From NCBI GenBank assembly GCA_002269645.1, contig NIVC01000713.1, positions 434,001 through 498,000 on the forward strand: a stretch of DNA of 64,000 nt, given 5' to 3'. This DNA is from Macrostomum lignano (Eukaryota). Numbering within the stretch: the first letter of the stretch is position 1; each line of letters begins with the position of its first letter. The position numbers and the translations under genes are program-made. The notes under the pieces were generated by a model. It searched no databases, was not told the DNA's origin, and worked only from the letters and a program-made list of their open reading frames with translations. Shown in pieces: positions 62,828-64,000 of the stretch.

Positions 62828-63362
62828 ACGGCCATTCCTGGTTGTTGTGGCCATTCCTGGTTGCTGTGGCCATTCCTGGTTGCTATGGCCATTCCTGGTT
62901 GCTATGGCCATTCCTGGTTGCTATATGGCCATTCCTGGTTGCTATATGGCCATTCCTGGTTGCTATATGGCCATTCCTGGTTGCCATTCCTGGTTGCTAT
63001 GGCCATTCCTGGTTGCTATGGCCATTCCTGGTTGCTATATGGCCATTCCTGGTTGCTATGGCCATTCCTGGTTGCTATGGCCATTCCTGGTTGCTATGGC
63101 CATTCCTGGTTGCTGTGGCCATTCCTGGTTGCTATGGCCATTCCTGGTTGCTATATGGCCATTCCTGGTTGCTATATGGCCATTCCTGGTTGCCATTCCT
63201 GGTTGCTATGGCCATTCCTGGTTGCTATGGCCATTCCTGGTTGCTATATGGCCATTCCTGGTTGCTATGGCCATTCCTGGTTGCTGTGGCCATTCCTGGT
63301 TGCTATGGCCATTCCTGGTTGCTGTGGCCATTCCTGGTTGCTATGGCCATTCCTGGTTGCTA
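62828..63362. repeat. 19/21-bp minisatellite (GGCCATTCCTGGTTGCTAT[AT])
   Basis: Direct reading. Confidence 0.93.
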
Positions 63363-64000
63363 ATACCCTCGTCGCAGGATACTACCAAGACAAGAGAGTT
63401 CCAGCCGGTCAGAGACAGGCTTTGCAGAGGTACTGCAGTCTTTCCTACTTTACAACTCGGATTTTTCTCAACCTATCTATGAGAAAACCCAAAATTAGAG
63501 TTTTCTAGAGCATCCTAAATGCACTGGCGATACAAAAAGCATTTCTTATTCAGCTCATTTCTAAGAAAATCAAGTTTAGAGCTGTCCCGAACATGTCAAA
63601 TGTTAGTCCCGCTGATTACAATTTTGCTAGCTTGACTTCGAAAAATTTTGAATCAGGGGCTTAACAGTAGAAAGATCATGGGGTGTATTTCAAATACACA
63701 CATTTTTTCTTTGCCTGGATCTCCAAAAATACTCAACCAATTGCCATGAAAATCCAGAACACGGGCTAAAATTTTCCGCTCTATTCGATGAAGAGACTTC
63801 GAGAATCACGAAAAATCGGCATCGTCGAGATATTCAACGATTCTCCTCAGGGTGTCTGGTGGCAAAAAACCACCAACATTGGCAAAAATTTTCTGCTCAC
63901 AAAATCTCATATTGAAACCACGTCGTCTCAACAAACTGTGCATATCAGTCGCAGTGACTTTTGATCTATCTCAGCATCACACGCACCAGGGTCCCCTTCA

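Overview
Animal (eukaryotic, intron-rich) genomic DNA; no prokaryotic features and no CRISPR. The GC3-rich exons, minisatellite-filled introns and RTE-type LINE tails suggest a flatworm such as Macrostomum (inference only). Genes reconstructed by hand from splice sites: (1) an ERG/KCNH2-type voltage-gated K+ channel on the minus strand (at least 12 exons, ~28.7-49.8 kb) with a probable GC-AG intron and several apparent 1-nt frameshifts in its 3' half; (2) a 3-exon Ly6/uPAR-type (three-finger) protein with signal peptide and GPI-like tail (16.1-16.7 kb, minus); (3) a head-to-head pair of paralogous 2-exon secreted proteins of unknown family (20.0-23.5 kb), each intron filled by a different minisatellite; (4) an unknown ~190-codon ORF with one frameshift (26.2-26.8 kb); (5) the 3' exons of a GABA-B-receptor-like class C GPCR (59.3-62.2 kb, minus). 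About 24 kb (~37%, hand estimate) is tandem repeat in about two dozen mostly unrelated arrays, and nearly all long ORFs in the supplied track are translations of these. Mobile DNA: a foldback-like inverted-repeat structure at 1-8.4 kb containing Merlin/ISXO2 and RTE remnants, three hAT-type MITEs with perfect 8-bp target-site duplications (one hosting a satellite, one in a triple-nested inverted repeat), and tRNA-derived SINEs. Repeat boundaries are approximate; exon boundaries were counted base by base.
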